A DNA stretch of 64,000 nucleotides from Dehalococcoidia bacterium (lineage in GTDB: Bacteria; Chloroflexota; Dehalococcoidia; Plut-88900), in contig CBDBLV010000005.1 of the NCBI GenBank assembly GCA_965207225.1, positions 1,024,001-1,088,000 on the forward strand, read 5' to 3'. The stretch's first letter is position 1; every line of letters starts with the position of its first letter. The notes under the pieces were generated by a model. The model was not told the DNA's origin, made no database searches, and was given only the letters and a program-made list of their open reading frames with translations. The translations under genes and the position numbers were made by a program. Below are positions 9,725 to 19,178 of this stretch, one piece after another.

Positions 9725-11344
9725 CTAGCGCCGGGACCGTGACGGGTTAGGGAACGCTCCAAAATTGCTCGGCCCCCCACCGGTTCCCTGACCTCTTCCT
9801 TTCTTTCCACCCTTCCGTTTCTTGCCCTTGGACTTGCCTCCACCGCGGCCCGGAATGAAGATGTCCAGGTCCTCGGCGAACCTCAACTCCGTTGCCGGAC
9901 GGTAGATTTCCTGCTCCGTGCTTGGCCAAATGTCCTCTATTGCCTGGGGAACGGCCTCGGGGAATTCGGGTTCCGAGAAGCCATCCAGGTCCGGCTCGAT
10001 GTCGTCGATGGCGGTCATCTCGGCTACCGGGACCAGTTCCTCGGGCACGGCAACTTCTTCGACCGCCACCGGTTCCGGCGCCTCTGCCTCGACGGGTTCA
10101 TCAGCGAGGGCGGCAGCGGCCTCTTCGGCGACTGCAACAGCCTCTTCAATTACTTCGGCTGCGGCTGGGACGGCTTCCACCGGTTCGGGAGTCTCAGCCT
10201 CAATTGCGGTGGCCTCTGCTTCTACGGCTACCGGCTCGGGGGTGGGCTCCTCCACCTTGGGCGCCGGCTGAGTCAGGGCTGCTATGGCGGCCGCCCGGAT
10301 CTTGCTTTCTCCGGCATCGCTCACACCCTTGATGTCAATTCTCCATCCTGTGAGCTTGGCCGCTAGCCTGGCATTTTGCCCTTCCTTGCCTATGGCCAGG
10401 GAGAGGTGTCGGTCTGCCACCACCACTACGGCCGATTCCTCTTCCTCTTCAATCTCCACCCGAGCAACCTGTGCGGGACTCAGAGAGTTTGCGATGAAAA
10501 TCGAGGGGTCTCTGTCCCATTGCACTACGTCGATTTTCTCGCCGTGGAGCTCGTTGACTATGTTCTGTATGCGGATGCCCCGCAGTCCCACGCAGGAGCC
10601 CACCGGGTCTATGCCTTCCTGCCTCGCCGAGACGGCGACCTTGGTCCGGTATCCCGCCTCCCGGGCTATGGACCGTATCTCGACGGTGCCGTTGTAGACC
10701 TCCGGGACTTCAAGCTCGAAGAGGCGTTTCACGAGGTCTTTGTGGGTACGGGAGACGATGACCTGGGGGCCCTTCACACTGCGGCTGACCTCCAGAACCA
10801 GCACCTTCATCCTCTGTCCCGGGCGGCAACGCTCGGTGGGGGGAATCTCGGGTGCGGGCATGACCGCTTCCGTCTTGTCTATGTCGACGATCACCTGCCT
10901 GGGCTCGAGGCGCTGCACTATGGAGCTGGCGATCTCGCCTTCCCGCTCGGAGAACTCCTGGTAGACGAGCTCCCGCTCCGCCTCCCTGAGCCGCTGCATG
11001 ACGACCTGCTTGGCAGTCTGCGCTGCGATGCGGCCCGCAAACTGGCCAGTCGCCTCAATCTCTATGACATCCCCAACGGCGGCGCCCTTCTGGTATTTGC
11101 CTGCTTCCTTCGGGGTGATTTCGAGCTCGGAGTCGGCCACTTCTTCGACGACCGTCTTCAGGGTGGCGACCTTCACCTCGCCGCTGTTGGGGAGGATCTT
11201 GACCGACAGGTTCTGACCGGAAGTCTCGCCTTCTCTCTTGTACACGGAAACGAGGGCTGCTTCGATGGCGGAGATCACCACTTCGCGCGGCAGGTTTCTC
11301 TCAGAGGCAAGCTGAGTTACCGCGATTAGAAAATCGCTCTTCAT
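9725..11344 (-). CDS. nusA: Transcription termination factor NusA with long acidic low-complexity tail
   Basis: GRIAAQTAKQV, REAGYRTK, GEKIDVV and AIGKEGQNARLA motifs; SD GGAGGG before ATG 11344. Confidence 0.97.
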   Translation of the reverse strand: MKSDFLIAVTQLASERNLPREVVISAIEAALVSVYKREGETSGQNLSVKILPNSGEVKVATLKTVVEEVADSELEITPKEAGKYQKGAAVGDVIEIEATGQFAGRIAAQTAKQVVMQRLREAERELVYQEFSEREGEIASSIVQRLEPRQVIVDIDKTEAVMPAPEIPPTERCRPGQRMKVLVLEVSRSVKGPQVIVSRTHKDLVKRLFELEVPEVYNGTVEIRSIAREAGYRTKVAVSARQEGIDPVGSCVGLRGIRIQNIVNELHGEKIDVVQWDRDPSIFIANSLSPAQVARVEIEEEEESAVVVVADRHLSLAIGKEGQNARLAAKLTGWRIDIKGVSDAGESKIRAAAIAALTQPAPKVEEPTPEPVAVEAEATAIEAETPEPVEAVPAAAEVIEEAVAVAEEAAAALADEPVEAEAPEPVAVEEVAVPEELVPVAEMTAIDDIEPDLDGFSEPEFPEAVPQAIEDIWPSTEQEIYRPATELRFAEDLDIFIPGRGGGKSKGKKRKGGKKGRGQGTGGGPSNFGAFPNPSRSRR

Positions 11345-11383
11345 ACCGGCCGTACCCTCCAATCCCGACTTCTGGCCGCTATT

Positions 11384-11407
11384 AAAAAAAGTGGGTTGCG
11401 CCCACTT
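11384..11407 (-). terminator. nusA-operon leader attenuator hairpin (rimP-leader-like)
   Basis: Minus strand AAGTGGG-CGCAA-CCCACTT followed by a T run, about 40 nt upstream of nusA. Confidence 0.7.
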
Positions 11408-12141
11408 CCTGCTACGGACCTTAAGTTGGTGGGATTATATCAGAGCCATAAGACTCCTTGCAAGGCCGTGCACCCGTTCGGCGGGGTTGGTTACGGGCCG
11501 GTTTTTTCTTCAGTTGTGGGGTTTTCATTTTCGTTTTGTCCGTTTTGGAGGGGGTCGGCGATGGAAGGTCCGGGACTCGGTTTCAGGGGGCGGGAGGCCA
11601 GCCTGGTTCAGCCCCGTGTTCCTGTGTCACATGGCAGACAAGCGAGGGGTTCTCGCCAGAGGGCATCTCTACCACCAGTTTTTCAGTTTGGCTCGACCCA
11701 CTCGGAGGGGTGGGGAACACGTTTTCTCGCTGCCGTCGCTGGGTTAAGGGGAATCTCCGAGGGGAACGACGGGGGAGATTTTTCCAAGGGCCATAAGGCC
11801 CGAGGTTTTTCGGCAGGGCTCCTATATGAGGAGCGTGCCGTTTAATGTTGTGGACCTTCCATCGCCTGGAAGGTCAGGGAAGGGGCACGGGACCCGTGGT
11901 GAGGAGACAACGCCGTTGGCTTGGGCCGCGGGCCTGCGCGAGGGCCTTTGGGCTGGGTCGGGGCGTTGAGTCCTCGGGGTCGGGTCTCGGGGGCTTCCCT
12001 GGGTTTTTGGATCCTCCTTAAGGTTGGTGTCGGGTCTAGACTTAGAACAAATATAAAGCTCAAATGTTTACATGTCAAGGGGCATGTCACAATTTTGTGG
12101 GAATATCCCCCCGGCCCCCAAGGGAACCCTCACCCCCTGTA

Positions 12142-12226
12142 TCCCCCTCTCCCTTATAGGCCCTAAGGGAGAGGGGGAAAGAAGAACAGAGGCAGGCGTG
12201 GGTGCAACGCACCCACGCCTGCCTCT
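12142..12226. repeat. Two adjacent perfect palindromes (REP-like)
   Basis: 15-bp stem TCCCCCTCTCCCTTA/TAAGGGAGAGGGGGA (12142-12178) and 18-bp stem AGAGGCAGGCGTGGGTGC/GCACCCACGCCTGCCTCT (12188-12226). Confidence 0.75.
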
Positions 12227-12371
12227 AGTTCAATACTGGGGAGAAGGGAGGGGAAGAGTGAAAAACAGGGGATATACCTGCCCCAACATCTGCCTTTAGT
12301 TTTGTACTAGGGAAGATGGGGGTGGTTCAGTCCTGAAAAAGCGATCCAAGTCTTAGCGTGGGTGGCGTCCA

Positions 12372-12396
12372 GGGTACCCACAAGGGGCACCCCTAC
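12372..12396 (-). repeat. GTAG-type REP element
   Basis: Minus strand GTAG-GGGTGCCC-CTTGT-GGGTACCC: GTAG tetranucleotide followed by an imperfect hairpin. Confidence 0.6.
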
Positions 12397-12464
12397 AGGG
12401 GAGGGGTATGCACCCGGAGCCACGGAGGAGGCCTCATGGCCAAACTCCTGGATTTCAGGCTTTG

Positions 12465-12493
12465 TTGACTGCCCAAAACCCCTTTGCTAGACT
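12465..12493 (+). promoter_or_regulatory. sigma70-type promoter of tRNA-Val
   Basis: TTGACT-17 bp-TAGACT with TGn extension, ending 10 nt before the tRNA. Confidence 0.75.
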
Positions 12494-14157
12494 CAATTCG
12501 CCCGGGCGGTTAGCTCAGTTGGTGAGAGCGCTGCGTTGACATCGCAGAGGTCACTGGTTCGAGTCCAGTATCGCCCACCAGACTTGACGGTAGACAGAAC
12601 CGGGGCGTGGAGAGCCACCTCCTCGGCGTCCCTTCCCCCTATGGGAGCATCCTCCGGCATGGGTATGGAATAGCGCAGCAAAGCGTTGCCGGGCATCACC
12701 ACGATCTCCTTGACGAAGGACTCGATGAAGGCTCTACGCTCGGTCAGTTCGCTCTCGTTGAGGAACCTGCTCATGTCCAGGGCGTAGGCCGTGATGGTCT
12801 CCACGTCGTCCAGCACCTCCCTGCGCTGGGAGAGGATGGCCCTAGCCTCCTGTGCTGAAGTCTCCAGCTTCTCCTGGCGCTCCCGGTGGTCTCTGATGCG
12901 GGGCTTGAAGTCCTCGATGTCCAGGTCCGTGGTCTCCGCCAGGTCGTAGAGCCGTCCCAGCCTGCGCTTCACGTCCTCAAGTGCCGCCTCGATGGTCTGA
13001 AGCTTCTGGCGCTGCTCCCTGGCGATGCCGTCCATCTCCTCGTCCACCAGCTTCACCAACTCCCGGATGTTGGACTCGGTGAGCACGTTCTCCCGTATCT
13101 TGCCCATCACCATCTCCTCGAAGCGACGGGCGTTGAGCCTGGGGGTCTCGCAGGCGTCCCTGCCCCGCTTCATGATGGACTGGCAGACGTAGTAGGCGTA
13201 CTTCCCGCTCTTGGCGTCCTGGCCGCTGAGTGCTCCGTCGCACGCCTTACACTTGACCATCCCGCTGAGCAAGTAGGTGCTCCCCACACGGCGGGGATGG
13301 GTCCGCTTGGGAGCCCTTCTGCGCATCCGACTGTTCACCCTCTTGAACTGGGCCTTGGAGATGATTCCGGGGAACGCCTTGTCCACCCGTACCGGCTCGG
13401 CCTTGTCCTTCCCGCCGACGCCCCAGAGGAGGGTTCCCGTATAGGCTTCGTTGCGGAGGATGATGTGGACGCCGTTCTTGGACCAGAGCCTCCCCGTGGG
13501 GTTGGCGATGCCCTCGGCGTTGAGGGTCTGGGCGATGTCCAGGATGCCCCTTCCCGACTCGGCCATGGAGAAGATGCGCTGCACCACGGGAGCGGTGGCG
13601 GGATCGGGTTCCAGCGTAGGGCGCTTCTTGGCCCCGTCCTGCACCATGCGCTTCTGGTAGCCGTAGGGCACCCTGCTGGCAACCCAGAAGCCGCGGGAGG
13701 CGGCCTCCCGCATTCCCCGTCGAACCTCCTCGGCCAAATTCTCCGAGTAAAACTCGTCCACGGACTCGATGATGGCCTCCATGAGCCTGCCGGTGGCGGA
13801 GTCGTCGGCGTGCTCGGTGATGGAGACGACGCGGACGCCCTTCCTTCTCAGCATGGACTTGAAGGCGACGGCGTGCTCCCGCTTGCGGGTGAACCTCGAA
13901 AACTTCCAGACCAAAATCTCCGCAAACGGGGCCTCCGGCTTGCTGGCCTCGTCCAGCATCTTGCGGAACTCCGGCCTGTCGGCGATGCGTCCGCTCTCAG
14001 CCTCGTCGATGTACTCCCGTGCCACGACGTAGCCGTTCTTGTCGGCGTAGTCGCGCAATGCCCGCAGCTGGGCGGCGACGGACAGGTCCACGTCCTGGCG
14101 GTCGCTGGAGACCCTGGCGTACAGGGCCACGGGAGTCGGGGTTGTTTCGTTAATCAT
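12493..14157 (-). CDS. Large serine recombinase; integrated-state tail is read antisense through tRNA-Val
   Basis: YARVSS catalytic motif, SRFTR, PYGY, YLLSGMVKC..C zinc ribbon and coiled coil; SD GGAGGA before ATG 14157. Confidence 0.95.
   Translation of the reverse strand: MINETTPTPVALYARVSSDRQDVDLSVAAQLRALRDYADKNGYVVAREYIDEAESGRIADRPEFRKMLDEASKPEAPFAEILVWKFSRFTRKREHAVAFKSMLRRKGVRVVSITEHADDSATGRLMEAIIESVDEFYSENLAEEVRRGMREAASRGFWVASRVPYGYQKRMVQDGAKKRPTLEPDPATAPVVQRIFSMAESGRGILDIAQTLNAEGIANPTGRLWSKNGVHIILRNEAYTGTLLWGVGGKDKAEPVRVDKAFPGIISKAQFKRVNSRMRRRAPKRTHPRRVGSTYLLSGMVKCKACDGALSGQDAKSGKYAYYVCQSIMKRGRDACETPRLNARRFEEMVMGKIRENVLTESNIRELVKLVDEEMDGIAREQRQKLQTIEAALEDVKRRLGRLYDLAETTDLDIEDFKPRIRDHRERQEKLETSAQEARAILSQRREVLDDVETITAYALDMSRFLNESELTERRAFIESFVKEIVVMPGNALLRYSIPMPEDAPIGGRDAEEVALHAPVLSTVKSGGRYWTRTSDLCDVNAALSPTELTARAN
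12504..12580 (+). tRNA. tRNA-Val(GAC); integration target
   Basis: Full cloverleaf; anticodon arm CTGCG-TT GAC AT-CGCAG; GTTCGAGTC T-loop; encoded CCA. Confidence 0.97.
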
Positions 14158-14384
14158 GCCTGTCCTCCTTCGTCTTGGTCGGTCTTTGCAACCGTGCGGG
14201 AGCGCAGTCTCTCCAATCGCTCCCGTCTGCGCCACTCCCGCTCCTCCATGAACAGGCGTATACCCTGCCGGAGGAGCTCGCTCACGGAGAGGTCGTCCTC
14301 ACGCATCACCCTCCGCACCTGGGCTTCCATCTCCGGGGGCAGCGAGAAGGTGATGGTCTTGGATCGTCGGGTACTGGTCGGCAT
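14154..14384 (-). CDS. CopG/ribbon-helix-helix protein coupled to recombinase
   Basis: KTITFSLPPEM...SVSELLRQGI; homologous to 44104-44307. Confidence 0.85.
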   Translation of the reverse strand: MPTSTRRSKTITFSLPPEMEAQVRRVMREDDLSVSELLRQGIRLFMEEREWRRRERLERLRSRTVAKTDQDEGGQA

Positions 14385-14477
14385 AGTCTCTCTAGGCTCG
14401 CATCCTATATTGCATTGTCTTACTCTACACTATCGGACGTCCAGCTTCAACTGCAATGGCCGTGGACGAGGCCGAAC

Positions 14478-16145
14478 TCATGGCCTTCCCATGAAGGCAT
14501 GGCTGGGTTCCATCACGTCGGGATTGCGCCAGGCTTTGCCCAGCGGCCCCATCTTCTCCAGTCTCTCCCTATGGGACACCCAAAGGGGCACCCCGACCTT
14601 GGCGCGTTCCATCTCCCTGCGAGCCACACCGAGGAAGTTGGCCTCGGCCAGGGGGTCGTCGAAGACGATCAGCACCATAGGCCGGTGTCCGTGGTCTTCC
14701 AGGGGCCGGTTGGAGGAGTAGTACCGCAGGTAGGGTGCGAGGCGGGAGGACATGGTGGACGGGTTCGCAGCCCGGCGCTCGTACTCAAGGAAGAAGGGGA
14801 AGGTTTTGCTCCCGGTCTGCACCACGCCGAAGCCGTCGGGATGGACGGAGCGGAGGCTGCCGCCGTACCGGAAGTACCGGACGGCGTGATGGGGTGGCGC
14901 AACCTGCACCACTCGGTAGCCCTTTGTCCCCTTCGCCTGCCGCTCCAGCGCAGCCATGAACCGGTGCACCGCCTGAGTGTGGTCGATGGTGCGGGCCAGG
15001 GGACGGCTTCGAGCGCCCGGCAGGTCTCGCCAGGATGATGGACTCTCGTCGTCCATCGGTTCGACGCTCCAGCGGCGTACGGCAGTGCCCACGGAGGCCC
15101 GGTCCCTGCGGGCCAGGACGGCCAGCCCTCCATCGCTGAGGGCATAGCGGCGCTGGCCTGCAAAATTAGCCGGCGCGACCAAATCCAACCTGTTCAGACG
15201 CGCGGCCAGCCTCCACGTACGGGAGTCGGAGAGACCAAGGATGCCCGACAGGTCTTCGACGGTGACCAGGGGCCAATCGGCGAGGCAGTCCAGCATCCGC
15301 TTCTCGGCGGGCTTGAGGGCGGCGGGGAGCAGGTGGTCGGCGACGTTATCGTCAATATCGCGCAGGTCGGCGTCGTCGGGCAGAGAGAGCCTCGAAGTTG
15401 GTCGTCCCCAGGGCAACGTACCGCCTGGCCGTAGGTGAGCGAAGACTTCTCCAAGGGACAACCTCGCAGGAGCGGAGGTGGCGTGCCACACCCTATCTTC
15501 GGCCAACAGCCGAGCAGTATCCCGCTCAAGGGCCAGGTACACCGGGCCGGGATAGGGAACCAACAGCCGCCGCGCCTGGCGCAGCCTCGGCTCGTCGGGC
15601 ATCAGTGCAAGCAGGGCGCGGGGCCTGGACTGCTCCGGGTCCAGGAGGCGGCGCACCCGGTCGGAGAAGGCCGTCCGGTCAACGGTGGGACCCTGCCGCA
15701 GCACGCCGAAGGTCCGTTTGTCGGGGAGCAGCATGGCGGCGTCCAGTGGAGCGGCCCGATACCACCTGAAGCGGGGAGGGCCGACCGCGTCCGCCACCGC
15801 CGATGTCAGCCGGTAGACAACCGCCAAAGCGTCCAGCCGCGCCAGGAGGATGCGCCGCCAGTGGGCCGAGACCGGATGCGTGCGCAGCAGGCGCTCGATG
15901 CCGGTCCCGTTCTCCGAGGCGAGCAATTGCAGTCCCTCTGAGGTAGCGTACCAGCGGCGCGTGGTCGGCGTTAGGGGAGAGGCGTGGCGCACGAAGCTGG
16001 CAAGACCGGCCCGCTCAAGGCTCCTCAGGGCGACGTGGGCGGCCTCTTCGTAGATGCCGGAGACGGAGGCAAGCTCCAGACGGTCCAGGAAGGGCATTGC
16101 CGCCAGGGTTCGCAGAGCCAGCCCCTCCCGCTCCTTCGCCCTCAT
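14478..16145 (-). CDS. Replication-relaxation (Replic_Relax)-like protein, tandem wHTH + PD-(D/E)xK halves
   Basis: H-T...PDGFG...FFLEYER motif in the C-half; homologous to 38489-40225; ATGA overlap with the TraD-like gene. Confidence 0.7.
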   Translation of the reverse strand: MRAKEREGLALRTLAAMPFLDRLELASVSGIYEEAAHVALRSLERAGLASFVRHASPLTPTTRRWYATSEGLQLLASENGTGIERLLRTHPVSAHWRRILLARLDALAVVYRLTSAVADAVGPPRFRWYRAAPLDAAMLLPDKRTFGVLRQGPTVDRTAFSDRVRRLLDPEQSRPRALLALMPDEPRLRQARRLLVPYPGPVYLALERDTARLLAEDRVWHATSAPARLSLGEVFAHLRPGGTLPWGRPTSRLSLPDDADLRDIDDNVADHLLPAALKPAEKRMLDCLADWPLVTVEDLSGILGLSDSRTWRLAARLNRLDLVAPANFAGQRRYALSDGGLAVLARRDRASVGTAVRRWSVEPMDDESPSSWRDLPGARSRPLARTIDHTQAVHRFMAALERQAKGTKGYRVVQVAPPHHAVRYFRYGGSLRSVHPDGFGVVQTGSKTFPFFLEYERRAANPSTMSSRLAPYLRYYSSNRPLEDHGHRPMVLIVFDDPLAEANFLGVARREMERAKVGVPLWVSHRERLEKMGPLGKAWRNPDVMEPSHAFMGRP

Positions 16146-18796
16146 TCATCCCTTGCCGTGCCGACGTAAGCGCCGGGAACGTCCTGGTTGCCGCCCCCGC
16201 GCCGCTTGCGCGGCCTCTTCTTCTTGGGATTGGGCTGGGTTCCTGGACCGGGCTGGCTTGCCGTCCCGTTGACAGCGCTGGGAGGCGGCGAGGCTCCACC
16301 CACCCGCTGCTGTTGCTGTTGTTCCTCCTCCTCACGCTCCAGTTCATCCCGGTACGCCTGCGCCATCTTATCGACCTCTGGGTCCTGGGAGGCGATGACC
16401 TCCGCCGTGGTCGTGTACGTCTCGGCCCGCGCCTTCACCCGCTCCTCGGCCGCCGGACTCCCCGCCTCGGGCTCACGCACCCCCAAGGAGTAGGTGGGCT
16501 GTCTCAGCCCGTCCACCGTGGCTCTGACGTAGCAGTGGTGCGTCGGCAGCGACACCAGGTCCTCCTCGTCCAACCTGTCCCGGTCAAGCTCGCCTATCAG
16601 CTGCCGGGCGTCGGACGCCGCCACCTGGAACACCGCGAGACATCCCACGTTGGCAAGCAGGGTGTCCTGCATGGTGTCCGACAGCTCCTTCAGCCTCGCC
16701 AGGCTCTGGGTGGCCAGGATGAAGCTGGCCCCGAACTTGCCAAGCTCCGAGAGCATCGACTCGTAGTCCACGCCGGGCATGGCCTGCATCTCGTCCACCA
16801 CCACCAGAGCCCCGCGCCTCTCCCCAGGCGGCAGGCTGCCCTGCTCCCTTATCACCGCGTCCGTCAGGTTGAGCAAAGAGCCTCCCACCAGGCCGGACAC
16901 GTCCTGCCCCGCAGCCGACTGGGAGGTGGCGACCAAGAGCACGCCGCCCTCGGCTATGACCTTCCGCAGGTCCAGGGTGGAGCGGCGCTGCCCCAGGATG
17001 GCCCTGGCCTTCTTCGAAGTGGCGTAGTAGGCCAGGCGGGTCTGCACCGGGGCGACGGCGTCGGCCTTCAGGGTGCGGGTCCAGTTGCGGAAGTCCCTGG
17101 CCCACCAACCGATGACGTAGGGGTCGTCCACCCTCCTCAGCACCCGGTTGCGGTACGCCAGGTCCGACAGCATCCGCAGCCCGTCCAGGATGGTGCACTG
17201 CTCATCCACTCTCGTGTCCGGGTGGGTGTTGTACTCGTGCAGGCTCTTGACCGTGTGCTCCAGGATGGACTGCATCCTCGGCCCCCAGACCTGGTCCCAC
17301 AGCCCCCTGGCGATGCGCACCACAGAGTCGGCCGTGCGGTCCCGGTCGGGGAAGATGCGGGCGTCCAGCAGGTTGATGCCCGGCGAGCGCTCTTCGTTCT
17401 TCAGGTCGATGAGGTACGTCCTGTCCACGATCTCCTCGGGCACGTGCCTGAGCAGGGAGTTCACCAGGTCGTCGTGGGGATCGACCACCACGATGGCGTC
17501 TTCGTTGCGCCCCGCCGCCTTCTCCCGCATCTTGTGAACGACCAGGTGGTGCATCAGCGTGGACTTGCCCATGCGGGTGCGGGCCACGTAGAGGTGGTGA
17601 CGGCCCATGGCGTCGGCGGGGAAGTGCACCTTCCTCGGTTTGCCTACCACCGTGTCTCCCACGTAGGCCCCGCCCGAGCCGTTCCGCGATGAGGGAAACA
17701 GCGCCTTCGCCCCGGTGCGGGCCACCATGGGCAGCTGGTCTCCCGCCCCCAGGGGGTGCCACAGGGAGGCAAGCTCCCGCACTCCCAGCACGTTTCGCCC
17801 CGCCAGCAAGCTCCGCGCCGGCGGTAGCGGCTCGGTCACGGGTACCGCCGGGCGTGCCTTGATCGCCCGGAAGCTGGCCCCGGCGGGGTTGTTGTAGTGG
17901 CTGTAGGCCGCAGCCACGTTGCGCAATAGCTCCCTGGCCCTGTTCTCGGTGCCGTGCTCAGACAGCACGGCGGTCACCTCCAGCTGGGCCTCGTAGGCGA
18001 GTTTGGAGACCTTCTCCTTGATCATCACCGGGTCCTGGTACTTGCCGCCGGAGCGCCACTTCTTGAACCGCCATAACGCCCAGCCCGCCAGCGCCGCCAA
18101 TGACACCACTCCCAATCCCAACAACACCGCCTTCCACGTCTCGCCACGCTGCACCCACAGGTAGCCCTGGAGGGCGGGCAGGGCCAGCAACGCCAGGATG
18201 GTTATGGTGACCGCGTTGGTGCGGTCGATCCTGGGCTGGGCGGAGGAGGCGGACGTGTTGGGGTCGTAGGCGGGCCTGGGGTTCGTCTTCTCCTGGTGGG
18301 CGGCGGACCAGTCCGAGCCCAGCGACGACAGCCGCAGCCGGGCCACCAGCCTCTCCCCCTCCTCCAGGTCGGACAACGAGCCGATGACGGAGATGAGCGG
18401 GTCTGAGCCGGGGTCCAGCAGGTCGTCGTCACGGTAGGGGCGCAGGGGCAGGTACTCCGGCCCCCTGAGCCGCAGGTCCATCGACCACGCCTGCTCCCCT
18501 TCTCTCAGCCTGAGCGGGTCGTCCTCCGGCAAGACCTCGTTCACCCTGGCCTGGGGGTAGTGGACGCCCACCTGCTGGCGGACGAAGGAGCCCTCTCTAC
18601 AACGGGCCAGCAGCGTGACGCCGTCCGGGTCCCCGGCGATCTCCAGCGAGAAGGGCTCGGGGACGGCGATGGACTCCACCAGGTTCTGCACGCCCAGCAT
18701 GGTGCGCTCCCCGGACCGGGGCGGCGTTACGGCCATCAGCTTGACGGCGGGCTTCTCCCCGCCCTTGAACAACTTGGCTATCGGATTGAGTTTCAT
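16142..18796 (-). CDS. TraD/VirD4-like coupling ATPase with N-terminal TM segments
   Basis: HLYVARTRMGKST (atypical Walker A), VVDPH, VVVDEMQ (Walker B) and KFG..ILATQS motifs; two TM helices. Confidence 0.8.
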   Translation of the reverse strand: MKLNPIAKLFKGGEKPAVKLMAVTPPRSGERTMLGVQNLVESIAVPEPFSLEIAGDPDGVTLLARCREGSFVRQQVGVHYPQARVNEVLPEDDPLRLREGEQAWSMDLRLRGPEYLPLRPYRDDDLLDPGSDPLISVIGSLSDLEEGERLVARLRLSSLGSDWSAAHQEKTNPRPAYDPNTSASSAQPRIDRTNAVTITILALLALPALQGYLWVQRGETWKAVLLGLGVVSLAALAGWALWRFKKWRSGGKYQDPVMIKEKVSKLAYEAQLEVTAVLSEHGTENRARELLRNVAAAYSHYNNPAGASFRAIKARPAVPVTEPLPPARSLLAGRNVLGVRELASLWHPLGAGDQLPMVARTGAKALFPSSRNGSGGAYVGDTVVGKPRKVHFPADAMGRHHLYVARTRMGKSTLMHHLVVHKMREKAAGRNEDAIVVVDPHDDLVNSLLRHVPEEIVDRTYLIDLKNEERSPGINLLDARIFPDRDRTADSVVRIARGLWDQVWGPRMQSILEHTVKSLHEYNTHPDTRVDEQCTILDGLRMLSDLAYRNRVLRRVDDPYVIGWWARDFRNWTRTLKADAVAPVQTRLAYYATSKKARAILGQRRSTLDLRKVIAEGGVLLVATSQSAAGQDVSGLVGGSLLNLTDAVIREQGSLPPGERRGALVVVDEMQAMPGVDYESMLSELGKFGASFILATQSLARLKELSDTMQDTLLANVGCLAVFQVAASDARQLIGELDRDRLDEEDLVSLPTHHCYVRATVDGLRQPTYSLGVREPEAGSPAAEERVKARAETYTTTAEVIASQDPEVDKMAQAYRDELEREEEEQQQQQRVGGASPPPSAVNGTASQPGPGTQPNPKKKRPRKRRGGGNQDVPGAYVGTARDE

Positions 18797-19178
18797 GGTG
18801 CATATTCTCCTTATTGTCTAGCGTCACAGCGAAAAGAACGCATGAGCTATTATCGGCCATCCGACACGGGGAAAGCAAGGACCAGATGGCCGCAGAGGAC
18901 GCTCACGACGCACCGACTCGGCCCGCCGCCTGAGCGCGGGCCGAGGAGCCTGACGTGTCGGACTACAATCGCTCAGGGGCGGCTATCGCCCTGGGAGGGC
19001 AGTAAGGAGATTAGGAGCACATTGTAGAATACAATCTCGGTGATATCGGTAGCTGTTTGAAGGGGAATCCGGGATGCCTGTAGACAATCCGGCGAGCAGT
19101 TTTACTGCGGGTCAGTGCTAAGTCTATTGTACTGATTGTATTGTAGTCTGTTGTAGTTTCTGACGCAAGGAGAAGCCA

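Noticed and set aside
12886-17692. Plus-strand ORFs of 611 and 531 aa
   Set aside because: Shadows opposite the recombinase and the TraD-like gene.
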